Source: Bacillota bacterium (GTDB lineage: Bacteria > Bacillota > Sulfobacillia > JAJZYS01 > JAJYTV01). From it: a stretch of 64,000 nucleotides of DNA. The position numbers and the translations under genes are program-made. How positions within the stretch are numbered: the stretch's first letter is position 1; the number at the start of each line of letters is the position of its first letter. The stretch lies in assembly GCA_021793315.1 (NCBI GenBank), contig JAJYSZ010000005.1, positions 1,470 through 65,469 on the forward strand, written 5' to 3'. Shown here piece after piece: positions 1-9,851 of this stretch. The notes under the pieces were generated by a model. It saw only the letters and a program-made list of their open reading frames with translations, was not told the DNA's origin and made no database searches.

Positions 1-2
1 TT

Positions 3-938
3 GGCAAGAGTGGCCTCAAGGTATCCGAGGTCGCGCTCGGCAGCTGGCTCACCTACGGCGGCAGCGTCGCGGAGGAGTCGGCCATCACATGCGTCAGGCG
101 GGCCTTCGAGCTTGGCGTCAACTACTTCGACACGGCGGACGCCTATGCGCGCGGCGAGGCCGAGAAAGTCCTGCGCAAGGCGCTTGAGCCGTTCCCGCGC
201 CATCACCTCGTGATCGCCACGAAGGCGTTCTGGCCGCAGAGCGACAACCCGAACGACCGCGGGCTGTCCCGCAAGCACATCATCGAGTCGGTCGAGCGCT
301 CGCTGGGGCGCCTCGGCACCGACTACGTCGACATCTTCTACTGCCATCGCGCCGACCCGGAGACGCCGCTCGACGAGACCCTGCGGGCCATCGACGATCT
401 CGTTGCGCAGGGTAAGGTGCTGTACGGCGCGATCTCGGAGTGGCCCGCGGAGGAGGTAAGCCGCGCCGCCAAGGAGACGACGAGGCTGGGCCTGCGCCGC
501 ATGATCGCAGACCAGGTGCAGTACAACCTGCTCGACCCGAAGATCGAGATCGACGTCCTGCCGCGGGCCAAGGCAGGGGGCATGGGCATTGTCGCCTTCT
601 CGCCGCTCGCCCAGGGCGTGCTCACGGGCAAGTACCTCGGCGGGCAGGTTCCCGAAGGCAGCCGCGGTGCGGATCCGCGCACCGCCTCGATGGTCCAGCG
701 CTACCTCGAGGGCAGTGACGGCAAGGTGGAGTGGCTCGCGGGCGTGGCCCGCCAAGCTGGCATCAGCCTTGCCCAGCTGGCCATCCGCTGGGTGCTGCGC
801 CTGCCGGAGGTGTCGTCGGCCCTGGTGGGGGCGTCGAACCTCGAGCAACTGGAGGAGAACCTCGCAGCCGCAGACGGCGATCTGTCGCACGACCTGCGAA
901 AGAAGATCCAGACGGAGTTCGGCCTGCCGCTCGCCTAG
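3..938 (+). CDS. Aldo/keto reductase (Tas/YajO-like), 5'-partial
   Basis: Frame 3 reads GKSGLKVSEVALGSWLTYGG...GVNYFDTADAYARGEAEKVL, continuing into the 210..938 ORF (IFYCHRADPETPLDETLRAIDDLVAQGKVLYGAISEW). The N-terminus is cut by the window edge. Confidence 0.8.
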   Translation, partial: GKSGLKVSEVALGSWLTYGGSVAEESAITCVRRAFELGVNYFDTADAYARGEAEKVLRKALEPFPRHHLVIATKAFWPQSDNPNDRGLSRKHIIESVERSLGRLGTDYVDIFYCHRADPETPLDETLRAIDDLVAQGKVLYGAISEWPAEEVSRAAKETTRLGLRRMIADQVQYNLLDPKIEIDVLPRAKAGGMGIVAFSPLAQGVLTGKYLGGQVPEGSRGADPRTASMVQRYLEGSDGKVEWLAGVARQAGISLAQLAIRWVLRLPEVSSALVGASNLEQLEENLAAADGDLSHDLRKKIQTEFGLPLA

Positions 939-947
939 GCAGAGAAG

Positions 948-988
948 GCAAGACGGCTCGAGACCTGGATGGTCTCGAGCCGTCTTGC
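948..988. terminator. Perfect GC-rich hairpin between convergent genes (candidate bidirectional terminator)
   Basis: gcaagacggctcgagacc-tggatg-ggtctcgagccgtcttgc lies between the AKR stop (938) and the codA stop (1016). Confidence 0.5.
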
Positions 989-1015
989 GCATGTCCAGGA
1001 AAGGGAGATCTTCCG

Positions 1016-2305
1016 TCAGCGCTGGAAGGTGACCCTCTCGCCCAGCAGGCGTACCTCGGGCGGCGTTGCCTCGGCGATCGGCCGTCCCCCTTTGACGACC
1101 GTCGTCACGGTGGCCAGCCTGCGCAGGACGTCCCAGGCATCCTGCGCGTCCAGCACGATGAAGTCCGCGGGCCTGCCGACCGCGAGCCCGTAGCGATCCT
1201 GCACGCCCAGCGTGCGGGCCGCGTTGCGGGTCACCATGTCGTAACAGGCCATGACCTCCTTGCGGCCGGTCATCTGCGCGACATGGACGGCCATGTGCGC
1301 GGGCTGCAGCATGTTGCCCGTGCCCAGCGAGTACCAGGGGTCCATGACGTCGTCGTAGCCCAGGCTGACGTTGAGACCGTTCTGCCAGAGCTCCTTCACG
1401 CGCGTCATGCCGCGGCGCTTGGGGTAGGTGTCCATGCGGCCCTGCAGGGTGATGTTGACAAGCGGGTTGGCGACGAAGTTCAAGTCGGCGCGTTGCAGGA
1501 AGCCCATCAGCTTGAAGGCGTAGGCGTCGTCGTAGCTGCCGAAGGCGGTGGTGTGGCTGGCGGTGACGCGGCGGCCCATGCCGCTGCGGATCGTCTCGGC
1601 GGCCACCACCTCGAGAAAGCGCGACTGGGGGTCGTCCGTCTCGTCGCAGTGGATGTCGATCGGGCGGTCGTACTTCTCGGCAAGGGTGAAGGCAATCTTG
1701 ACCGACTCCGCGCCCATGTCACGCGTCAGCTCGTAGTGGGGGATGCCGCCGACCACGTCGACGCCGAGCCGCAGGGCCTCCTCCAGGAGTTCCGCGCCGC
1801 GCGGGTAGGAGAGGATGCCCTCCTGCGGAAAGGCGACGAGCTGCAGGTCGACAAGGCCCTTTACATTCTCCTTGACCTTCAGCATGGCCTTGACGGCGGT
1901 CAGGTCGGGATCGGTGGTGTCGACGTGCGAGCGCACGTAGAGAACGCCCTGGGCTGCCTGCCAGCGCAGGAGTTCCGTCGCCCGCCGGATGACGTCGTCC
2001 TCGGTGAGGGACTCCTTGCGCAGCGCCCAGGTGGCGATGCCCTCGAACAGCGTGCCGCTCTCGTTCCACTTCGGCTCGCCCGCCGTGAGCGTGGTGTCGA
2101 GGTGCACGTGCGACTCGATGAGCGGCGGCGAGACCATGCGTCCTTGGGCGTCGATCTCCTGGCGGCCCTGGCCGACGCTCTGACCGATGGCGGCAATGCG
2201 TCCGTCCTGCACCGCCACGTCGACGGCTTGTCCGTCGAGACGGGCGTTTCTCAGCACGAGATCGAAGATAGGGCTTCTCTCCTTCTTCACGACTGGAGAC
2301 CGCAA
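1016..2305 (-). CDS. codA: Cytosine deaminase (amidohydrolase superfamily)
   Basis: The sequence is close to E. coli CodA along its full length as I remember it (HVHLDTTLTAGEPKWNESGTLFEGI..., LQLVAFPQEGILSYP, HCDETDDPQSRF, TASHTTA, ANPLVNITLQGRMDTYPKRRGMTRVKEL). The start is TTG, preceded by a GGAGA RBS. Confidence 0.85.
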   Translation of the reverse strand: MRSPVVKKERSPIFDLVLRNARLDGQAVDVAVQDGRIAAIGQSVGQGRQEIDAQGRMVSPPLIESHVHLDTTLTAGEPKWNESGTLFEGIATWALRKESLTEDDVIRRATELLRWQAAQGVLYVRSHVDTTDPDLTAVKAMLKVKENVKGLVDLQLVAFPQEGILSYPRGAELLEEALRLGVDVVGGIPHYELTRDMGAESVKIAFTLAEKYDRPIDIHCDETDDPQSRFLEVVAAETIRSGMGRRVTASHTTAFGSYDDAYAFKLMGFLQRADLNFVANPLVNITLQGRMDTYPKRRGMTRVKELWQNGLNVSLGYDDVMDPWYSLGTGNMLQPAHMAVHVAQMTGRKEVMACYDMVTRNAARTLGVQDRYGLAVGRPADFIVLDAQDAWDVLRRLATVTTVVKGGRPIAEATPPEVRLLGERVTFQR

Positions 2306-2475
2306 TCTGGGACATGGGATTCTCCAGGGTGCCGCGGGATCCTACCAATGCCGGTCGCGTCGTGCAAAGACGCCGCCAGGAGTTCCGACTCCCCCTTGAG
2401 AAGCATCATGGAGAGCGACCGGCCCGTAACTGGGTAGTCGCGCGCCGGGCGCGGAAGCTTGAAGGAGGTCGGCCC

Positions 2476-3618
2476 ATGAGCCTTACGGCTGAGGCGTTCA
2501 GATCCCATTTCCCCATCTTCCAGGACAAGGCCCACCTCTGCAGCTGCAGCGAAGGTGCACTCTCCGATCGCGTCATGGTCGCGATGTCGGAGTTCATGAC
2601 GAGTTGGCGTGTGCACGGGGCACCGTGGCATGCGTGGATGGACGAGGTGGATGCGGCCCGGACGCTGTTCGCGGATCTCATTCACGCCGCGCCCGAGGAC
2701 GTTGCCGTCGTCTCCTGCGCGTCGGAGGCGGCGTACCATGTGGCCGCGACGCTCGACTATGCGGAGCGTCCCGTGATCCTGACAAGCGAATTCGAGTTTC
2801 CGTCGGTCGCGCATGTCTGGCTCGGGCAGCAGCCGCGCGGTGCGCGCGTGGAGTTCGTCCCTGCGGGCGATACCGGCATGACGGCAGACGACGTCGCCCA
2901 GGTCATGGGGGAGGGGACGGGCCTCGTGTCGGTGCCGCTCGTCTCCTATCGGAACGGCATGCGGCCGCCGGTGCGGGAGATCGCGAAGCTGGCGCACAGC
3001 CGCGGGGCCAGGGTCTTCGTGGACGCCTACCAGGGCGCGGGCGTGATGCCCGTCGACGTGCGAGACCTCGACTGCGACTACCTCGCGTCGGGCACGCTCA
3101 AATACCTGCTCGGCGCGCCGGGCATCGCCTTCCTCTATGTGCGCCCGGGCCTGGACCTGGCGCACGAGCCGCCCCTGACCGGCTGGTTCGCACGCCAAGA
3201 GCCCTTCGCCTTTGACCCGCACCTGCTCGACTACGCGCCGGGAGCGCGGCGCTTCCAGACCGGTACCCCAGCGATTCCCGCGGCGTTTGCGGCCGCCGCC
3301 GGCCTCCGCCTGATCCGGGAGATCGACCCGCAGGAGAGCCTTCGGCACGTGCTGGCGCTGGGCGACTCTCTGCAGGAAGCATTCCTGGCGGCGGGCATTG
3401 CGCTCCACTCGCCGGCTGACCGCAGCCTGCGCGGGCCGCAGGTAGCCGTGCTGGCCGAGGACGCGGAGGACCTGGCGGCCTTCCTCGCCGGCCGGGGTGT
3501 GCTCGTCGCGCCACGAGGAAGGGCGATCCGCATCAGCCTGCACTATTACAATGACCTCACCGATGTGGGCCGGGTGCTCGAAGGCGTGCTCGATTACAGA
3601 CGCGGTCACCGCCTCTAG
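2476..3618 (+). CDS. Aminotransferase class V / cysteine-desulfurase-like PLP enzyme
   Basis: ATG at 2476 follows a GGAGG RBS. The fold-type-I class V PLP pattern is visible (TSEFEFPSV, FVDAYQGAGVMPVDV, TLKYLLGAPGIAFLYV). The ORF track extends the frame upstream to 2314. Confidence 0.7.
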   Translation: MSLTAEAFRSHFPIFQDKAHLCSCSEGALSDRVMVAMSEFMTSWRVHGAPWHAWMDEVDAARTLFADLIHAAPEDVAVVSCASEAAYHVAATLDYAERPVILTSEFEFPSVAHVWLGQQPRGARVEFVPAGDTGMTADDVAQVMGEGTGLVSVPLVSYRNGMRPPVREIAKLAHSRGARVFVDAYQGAGVMPVDVRDLDCDYLASGTLKYLLGAPGIAFLYVRPGLDLAHEPPLTGWFARQEPFAFDPHLLDYAPGARRFQTGTPAIPAAFAAAAGLRLIREIDPQESLRHVLALGDSLQEAFLAAGIALHSPADRSLRGPQVAVLAEDAEDLAAFLAGRGVLVAPRGRAIRISLHYYNDLTDVGRVLEGVLDYRRGHRL

Positions 3619-3828
3619 GGAGGAGGGGGCGGGGAACGGTGCGGATTGTCTCCGTTATCGCGAGGTGACCGGTGCCAGGGGCAGCTGGCGGGGCGCATAG
3701 TGCCAGGCGACAGCACGCTCTTCAAGTGGTCGGGCTTGCCATCGAGGACCTCGCCGCGGCGCAGCATTGCGTCGCGGGCATGGGGACATGGCTTGATCTC
3801 GGGGCCGGCGGGTAGACGCGCCGGGGCC

Positions 3829-5010
3829 TCAGAGCGGTCGTTCGACCAGCGTCGCCATGGCGGGGCCGCCGCCGGCGCATTGCGTGGCGATGCCATAGCG
3901 CCCGCCTGAACGCCGCAGTTCGTAGGCCAGCGCCAAAACAAGCCGTGCGCCGGTCGAGCCCGGCGGGTGGCCGAGTGCGATGGCGCCGCCATGGACATTG
4001 AGGTGTTCCTCCGGGATCTCGAGTTCCCGCTGGCAGGCGAGTACCTGTGCCGCGAACGCCTCGTTGAGTTCCACGCGGTCGATGTCGTCGAGTCCTAGCC
4101 CCGTCCGCCCGAGCAGAGCCCTGATGGCAGGCACGGGCCCGATCCCCATCCGGCGAGGTTCCACCGCCACGGAGACCGAATCGACGAGGACGGCGAGCGG
4201 CGCGAGGCCGCGCCGCCTGGCCGTCTCCTCTGCCATCAGCACGAGGGCCGTCGCGCCGTCGTTGAGACCCGACGCGTTGCCGGCTGTGGTGATGCCGTCC
4301 GGCGAGAAGGCGGGACCGAGCGCCGCGAGTGCCTCGTACGTCGTGTCGGGGCGGGGGTGCTCGTCCTGCGCGAAGCGGCTGGACGTGCCGGCGGACAGGG
4401 GGACCGCCACGATCTCCTCGGACAGCTGCCCGCCTGCCTGCGCAGCGGCGGCTCGCTGCTGCGACCGGAGCGCGAAGCGGTCCGCCTCCGCGCGGGAGAT
4501 CCCGTATTCCTTTGCGAGCAGGTCCGCCGTGACGCCCATGTGCTCGTCGAACGTGGGATCGACGAGCGCGTCCCAGAGCAGGCCGTCGTGGGCCGTCTCG
4601 TCGCCGAGGCGGCTACCCCACCTCTGGCGTGGCAGGACGTAGGGCACCTGGCTCATCGCGTCCATGCCCCCGGCCAGGACAATCTCCGCGCGTCCCAGGC
4701 GGATGAGGTCCGCGGCGATCTCCAGCGCGCGCGATCCAGACGAGCATTGCTGGTTCACGAGCGCCGCGGGCACCTCCACCGGCAGGCCGGCGAGGAGGGC
4801 CGCCTGACGGGCGGGATTGGCCCGGAAACCGCCTTGGTAGACCTGGCCCATGACCACCTGCTGCACCTCATCCGGACGGACCGCTGCGCGAGCCATCGCC
4901 TCGCGCAGCGCGACGGCGGTGAACTCCCTGAGCGGCACGCGCCTGAGGCTGCCGCCGAACCGGCCGATCGGCGTGCGGGCACCTGCAGCGATCACGACGG
5001 TTCTCGTCAA
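3829..5010 (-). CDS. Acetyl-CoA C-acetyltransferase (thiolase)
   Basis: MTRTVVIAAGARTPIGRFGG, NQQCSSG and the C-terminal GGAIALGHPPGSTGARL...GIATQCAGGGPAMATLVE are classic thiolase motifs. The start is TTG after a GAGGAGAGG RBS. Confidence 0.85.
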   Translation of the reverse strand: MTRTVVIAAGARTPIGRFGGSLRRVPLREFTAVALREAMARAAVRPDEVQQVVMGQVYQGGFRANPARQAALLAGLPVEVPAALVNQQCSSGSRALEIAADLIRLGRAEIVLAGGMDAMSQVPYVLPRQRWGSRLGDETAHDGLLWDALVDPTFDEHMGVTADLLAKEYGISRAEADRFALRSQQRAAAAQAGGQLSEEIVAVPLSAGTSSRFAQDEHPRPDTTYEALAALGPAFSPDGITTAGNASGLNDGATALVLMAEETARRRGLAPLAVLVDSVSVAVEPRRMGIGPVPAIRALLGRTGLGLDDIDRVELNEAFAAQVLACQRELEIPEEHLNVHGGAIALGHPPGSTGARLVLALAYELRRSGGRYGIATQCAGGGPAMATLVERPL

Positions 5011-5054
5011 GCGAACCTCTCCTCTCGCTCCTTGCGGGACCGCAGGAACCGACG

Positions 5055-6575
5055 TCAGTAACCTGCCTTCGCGCCGAACGCCTGCCGCAGGGAGGTCTTC
5101 AGCACCTTGCCCGAGGCGTTGCGCGGCAGGGCGGGGACGAACTCCACGGAGCGCGGCTTCTTGTAGCGCGCCAGGCGATCGGCGCAGAAGCTGATGAGTT
5201 CTTCCGCCGACGCCTCCTGGCCCGGCTTCAGGGCGACGACGGCTTTGACCGCCTCGCCCCAGTGCTCGTCCGCCACCCCGATGACGGCCACCTCGAGCAC
5301 GGCCGGGTGCTGGAAGAGCACCTCCTCCACCTCGCGCGGGTAGATGTTCTCGCCGCCGCTGATGATCATGTCCGTCTTGCGGTCGAGGACGTAGACGAAG
5401 CCCTCCTCGTCCTGGCGCACGACGTCGCCGGCGTGGAACCAGCCGTTGCGCATGGCCCGAGCCGTCGCCTCGGGCATCTTGTAGTACTCGGTCATGATGG
5501 TGGGCCCACGGTACGCGATCTCGCCGGGAGTACCCTCAGGCACGTCGCGATCCTCCTCGTCCACCACCCGCACCTCGACGGTGGGGATGGGCAGACCGAC
5601 GCAGGCCGTCTTGCGCAGGCCGTCCTCAGGCGGCAGGAGCGTCGTCACGGAGGCGGTCTCCGTCATGCCGAAGACGTCGTTGATCCGTGCCTTGGGGAAG
5701 CTGCGCATGATGCGCGCCCTGAGCTCCGTCGGCAGGATGGCGCCGCCCGAGTTCCAGATGCGCAGCGAGGAGAAGTCATAGTCCGCGAAGCCTTCCTGGG
5801 ACAGGAAACTGATCGCCATGGTCGGCACGAACCAAACCGTCGTCACCTTGTGGCTTTCGATGGCCCGGGCCGCGCCAGCGGGATCGAACGCCCGCATGAT
5901 CACGACGCTGCCACCAACCAGGATGTGCGCCAGGAAGAAGCAGATGAACCCGACATGGAACAGCGGCACCGCGTTCAGATAGACGTCGCCGCTGCGAAAA
6001 CCCGCGACCATGGGCATGGTCAGCGCGTTGGTGACCACGGCGAGATGGCTCAGGACCGCGCCCTTCGGCTGGCCCGTGGTTCCGCTGGTGTAGAGGATGA
6101 TCGCCGGATCGAGCATGTCGACGGGATGGATGGGTTCCCGGTCCGAGGCCTGTTGAAGCGCCTCGAGCGAGAGCGAGCCCTCGCCCAGTGACCCGGCGGA
6201 CAGGATGTAGGAACGCACCTTCGGCAGTTCCTGACGGATCTTTGCGAGCAGATCGGTAAATTCCGGCCCTGCCGCAACGGCGACCGCATCCGATTGGTCG
6301 ATCACGTAGGCGGCATCTTGCGCCGTGTAGCGGAAGTTGAGCGGCACGGCGGTGGCGCCGGCCTTCGTGATGGCGAACATGAGCGCCGTCAGCTCGATGC
6401 TGTTGTACATCCAGACGGCGACGTGGTCCCCGGGCTTCACGCCGAGGTTTTGGAGTCCGTTGGCATAGCGGTTGACAAGACGGTTGTACTCGGAGTAGGT
6501 CACCTTGCGATCGCCCTCGATCAAGGCGATCCTCTCCGGATACTGCCGGCTGGTTCGGGCGAGCACCTCACCCAT
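5055..6575 (-). CDS. Long-chain acyl-CoA synthetase (AMP-binding family)
   Basis: AMP-binding motif LYTSGTTGQPKGAV, plus GMTE, GEIAYRGPTIMTEYYK and ISGGENIYPREVEE...PRNASGKVLK. ATG at 6575 follows an AGGAG RBS; the track extends the frame to 6758. Confidence 0.8.
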   Translation of the reverse strand: MGEVLARTSRQYPERIALIEGDRKVTYSEYNRLVNRYANGLQNLGVKPGDHVAVWMYNSIELTALMFAITKAGATAVPLNFRYTAQDAAYVIDQSDAVAVAAGPEFTDLLAKIRQELPKVRSYILSAGSLGEGSLSLEALQQASDREPIHPVDMLDPAIILYTSGTTGQPKGAVLSHLAVVTNALTMPMVAGFRSGDVYLNAVPLFHVGFICFFLAHILVGGSVVIMRAFDPAGAARAIESHKVTTVWFVPTMAISFLSQEGFADYDFSSLRIWNSGGAILPTELRARIMRSFPKARINDVFGMTETASVTTLLPPEDGLRKTACVGLPIPTVEVRVVDEEDRDVPEGTPGEIAYRGPTIMTEYYKMPEATARAMRNGWFHAGDVVRQDEEGFVYVLDRKTDMIISGGENIYPREVEEVLFQHPAVLEVAVIGVADEHWGEAVKAVVALKPGQEASAEELISFCADRLARYKKPRSVEFVPALPRNASGKVLKTSLRQAFGAKAGY

Positions 6576-6756
6576 CAGGAGACTCCTGTGCAGCCTTTCC
6601 TGGTCGTCCACTCGGCCCATGCCTCCCCCCACTCGGGCCTTTCCCGGTGTGGCACAAGACATTGGCCGCTCGTCTGCCTTTTCCTGCAAATTGCCGTCCT
6701 GCCTGTGACCAAATCCGCCGTTGGGCATAGCCATGGCTCTGGAAAGGAGAGAGGCC

Positions 6757-8070
6757 ATGAGCGTTGACGTGCGCAGGCGTCTCGATGCGATGCAGCTCGG
6801 ACCGTTTCATCGTCGGCTGATCGTCGTAGGGGGGCTCGGGATCCTGTTCGATGCCATGGACGTGGGCATTCTCTCGTTCGTCATGGCCGCCCTGATTCTG
6901 GCCTGGCGACTGGGACCGGTGACGATCGGCGTCATGGGCAGCATCAACCTCGTCGGCATGGCGGTGGGCGCAGCCCTGGCAGGCACCTTTGCGGACCGCT
7001 TCGGGCGCCGTGCCGTCTTCCTCTGGACACTGGCGCTCTACAGCATCGCCACGGGCGTTGCCGGTCTGGCCACCTCGGCTGTGTTCTTGATCGTCATGCG
7101 CTTCATCGTCGGTCTCGGCCTCGGCGGAGAGCTGCCGGTGACGACGACGCTGGTGGCCGAGTTTCTGCCATCAGGCGTGCGCGGCCGCGGCGTTGTCTGG
7201 CTGGAGAGCTTCTGGGCGGTCGGCTCGCTGGTGGCGGCGATCCTCGCCTACTTTCTCATTCCCGTGTTCGGCTGGCGCATCGGCTTCTTCATCGGTGCCC
7301 TGCCGGCGCTCTACACCATTTATCTGCGGCGTGGCATCCCCGAGTCGCCGCGCTACCTCTGGCAGGTCGGGGCCCGCGAGGAGGCGGTCCTGGTCGCCCG
7401 CATGGCGAGCGGTGAGCGTCCGGCGTCCGCCAGCCGGTCGCCGGCCTCCGAGAGGGTTCCACTCGGCAAGCTCCTGGCGCCAGAGCACCGCCGGACGACC
7501 ATCTCGCTCTGGCTGCTCTGGCTGATGATGAACTTCGCCTACTACGGCATGTTCCTCTGGCTACCGTCGGTTCTGGCGCTGCGTGGCATGAGCCTCGTGC
7601 ACAGCTTCCTCTACGTCCTGCTGGTCACGCTCTGCGAGATTCCGGGCTATCTCTCCGCCGCGTGGCTCGTCGAGCGCTGGGGCCGGCGACCCGTCCTCCT
7701 GACGTACCTGTTCCTTGCGGCTGGCGCGGCGACCGCCTTCGGCTTCGCCGCCACGCCTGGTCAGGTGCTGCTCTTCGGCTGCCTGCTCGGCTTCACGAAC
7801 CTCGGCGCCTGGGGAGCCACCTACGCCTACACAAGCGAGCAGTATCCCACGCTGCTGCGCGCCCGCGGCAACGGCTTCGCCATGGGCGTCGGGCGGATCG
7901 GCGGCGTGGTTGGACCGGTCCTCGTCGGCTACCTCCTGGCTGGCCATGCCGGGACCTTGACCATCTTCGCGATCTTCGCCGGGGCACAGATCGTCGCGCT
8001 GGTCGCCTCGGCCCTGGTGGGGCGGGAGACGCGCGGTCTGACCCTCGAGGAGATTGCGAACGAGACCTGA
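6757..8070 (+). CDS. MFS transporter (metabolite:H+ symporter-like)
   Basis: About 12 predicted TM segments, an MFS-type D-R-x-G-R-R loop motif (FADRFGRRAVF) and the GxLaDrxGrR pattern. ATG at 6757 follows GGAGAGAGG. Confidence 0.75.
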   Translation: MSVDVRRRLDAMQLGPFHRRLIVVGGLGILFDAMDVGILSFVMAALILAWRLGPVTIGVMGSINLVGMAVGAALAGTFADRFGRRAVFLWTLALYSIATGVAGLATSAVFLIVMRFIVGLGLGGELPVTTTLVAEFLPSGVRGRGVVWLESFWAVGSLVAAILAYFLIPVFGWRIGFFIGALPALYTIYLRRGIPESPRYLWQVGAREEAVLVARMASGERPASASRSPASERVPLGKLLAPEHRRTTISLWLLWLMMNFAYYGMFLWLPSVLALRGMSLVHSFLYVLLVTLCEIPGYLSAAWLVERWGRRPVLLTYLFLAAGAATAFGFAATPGQVLLFGCLLGFTNLGAWGATYAYTSEQYPTLLRARGNGFAMGVGRIGGVVGPVLVGYLLAGHAGTLTIFAIFAGAQIVALVASALVGRETRGLTLEEIANET

Positions 8071-8145
8071 GAGACCTTCCGCATCATGCCGCGATGGCGT
8101 AGCGTCAGGGGTGACGACCCTAGAGGACGCGTGGGAGGGACGCTT

Positions 8146-8928
8146 GTGGAGAAGGTCATCTATGACGCCGCCAGAGAGCATGAGCGGATCGGCATTGTCA
8201 CCTTGAACCATCCGGAAAAGCGCAACGCCCTTTCGACCGAGATGCTGCGGGACCTCGATCAGGTGCTGAAGACCGTCGCGGCCGAGGGCAAGGTGAATGC
8301 CGTGGTGCTGCGCGGGGCGGGCACGGTGTTCAGCTCAGGCCATGACCTCAAGGAGGTCCGCGAAGGCGGTACGCCGGAGATCCTCGAGCTCTTCAAGGTC
8401 TGCGAGGACGCCTTCGGGACGATCCGCGCGATGCCGCAGGTGGTGATCGCGGAGGTGCACGGCATCGCCACCGCCGCGGGCTGTCAGCTGGTCGCCGCGG
8501 CCGACCTTGCGGTCGCGTCCACGGCGGCCAAGTTCGCGACACCTGGCGTCAGAATCGGCTTCTTCTGCACGACGCCCTCCGTCTTTCTGGGACGCGCCGT
8601 GCCGCGCAAGAAGGCGGCGGAGATGCTGTTCACGGGCGAATACATGTCGGCCGAGGACGCGGAGCGCTTCGGTCTCGTCAATCGGGTGGTCGCGCCGGAC
8701 GCGCTCAACGAGGAGACGCTCCGGCTTGCACGGCAGGTGGCCGCCTACAGCCTCGCAACGCTTGGCCAGGGCAAGCAGGCGTTCTATCGCCAACTGGGCA
8801 TGGACGACTCGGCGGCCCTCGCCTATGCGTCGCAGGTCATGGTGGGCGAAGCCGGATTGCCCGACGCGGCGGAAGGCATCGCCGCGTTCCTCGAAAAGCG
8901 CCAGCCCGCCTGGAGCGACAGGTCCTGA
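8146..8928 (+). CDS. Enoyl-CoA hydratase/isomerase family protein
   Basis: Crotonase-fold signatures are present (VTLNHPEKRNALS, VVLRGAGTVFSSGHDLKE, AEVHGIATAAGCQLVAAADL). GTG at 8146 follows a GGGAGGGA RBS. Confidence 0.75.
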   Translation: MEKVIYDAAREHERIGIVTLNHPEKRNALSTEMLRDLDQVLKTVAAEGKVNAVVLRGAGTVFSSGHDLKEVREGGTPEILELFKVCEDAFGTIRAMPQVVIAEVHGIATAAGCQLVAAADLAVASTAAKFATPGVRIGFFCTTPSVFLGRAVPRKKAAEMLFTGEYMSAEDAERFGLVNRVVAPDALNEETLRLARQVAAYSLATLGQGKQAFYRQLGMDDSAALAYASQVMVGEAGLPDAAEGIAAFLEKRQPAWSDRS

Positions 8929-8940
8929 AGGGGCGCCTGC

Positions 8941-9730
8941 CTACTGCGCCAGGTACCCGCCGTCGATGACCACCGCCTGCCCCGTAACGCCCGCTGCGGC
9001 ATCCGAGCAGAGGAAGGCTGCGTAGGCCGCACCTCGGACGGCTGCAGCAGGCGCCGCTGCGGCACCAGCGGATAGATGACCTCCTCGAGCACGCGTTCGA
9101 ACGGCACGCCGCGCGTCGCAGCCAGATCCTCGAGCTGGCCGCGCACGAGCGGCGTGTCGACGTAGCCCGGGCAGATCGCGTTGACGGTGATGCCATCGGT
9201 GGCGCATTCCAGCGCGGCCACCTTGGTCAAGCCGATGAGACCGTGCTTGGCGGAGTTGTAGGCCGCCTTGCCTGCGAATCCGACCAGTCCGTTGATCGAT
9301 GCCATGTGCAGGATGCGGCCGTAGTGCTGCGCCCGCATCAGAGGCAGAGCGTACTTGAGTGCGAGGAAGGGTCCGATCAGCATCAGATCCACGATGGAGC
9401 GGAAGCTGTCGACGGGGAAGTCCTCGATCATGGCGACGTGCTGCCGCCCGGCGTTGGAGACCAGGATGTCGAGGCCTCCGAAGAGGTCCTGCGTCTCTTC
9501 GATGGCCCGGCGCACGTCGCCCTCCTGTGCGGCGTCCGCCCGGATCGCCCGCCCTCGGCACCTGTGGCCAGATGCATTTCTTGCGCCGCCGTCTGCGCGG
9601 CCTGCCCCCGCAGATCCGCGAGCATCACCCGCGCACCCTGCAGGGCCAGGGTTTTCGCCACCGCGTAGCCGATGCCACCGGCGCCGCCGCTGATGAGGGC
9701 ACGCCGCCCGGCCAGGCTCTGCCCGGCCAT
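8941..9730 (-). pseudogene. 3-hydroxybutyrate dehydrogenase-like SDR, apparently disrupted by two 1-bp frameshifts
   Basis: The N-terminus (MAGQSLAGRRALISGGAGGIGYAVAKTL...) is in one frame, the middle (RAIEETQDLFGGLDILVSNAG...NSAKHGLIGLTKVAALE...EEVIYPLVPQRRLLQPSEV) in a second, and the C-terminus (AAYAAFLCSDAAAGVTGQAVVIDGGYLAQ*) in a third. Single-base shifts near 9560 and 9037 restore a continuous SDR. Confidence 0.6.
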
Positions 9731-9851
9731 GCTGCCACCTCCCGGAACCGCCACTGCCGCCCGAAGTTCTGCGGCCAAGTCCCTTGTCCTGCAGGACATG
9801 GAGCAGGCGGCAGGTCCGGTGGACCTGCCGCCTGGCATGCGAGGGTTCCGT

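Noticed and set aside
3619-3828. Possible terminator between convergent aminotransferase and thiolase genes
   Set aside because: Only a weak 6-bp inverted repeat (CCGGCG...CGCCGG) without a U-tract.
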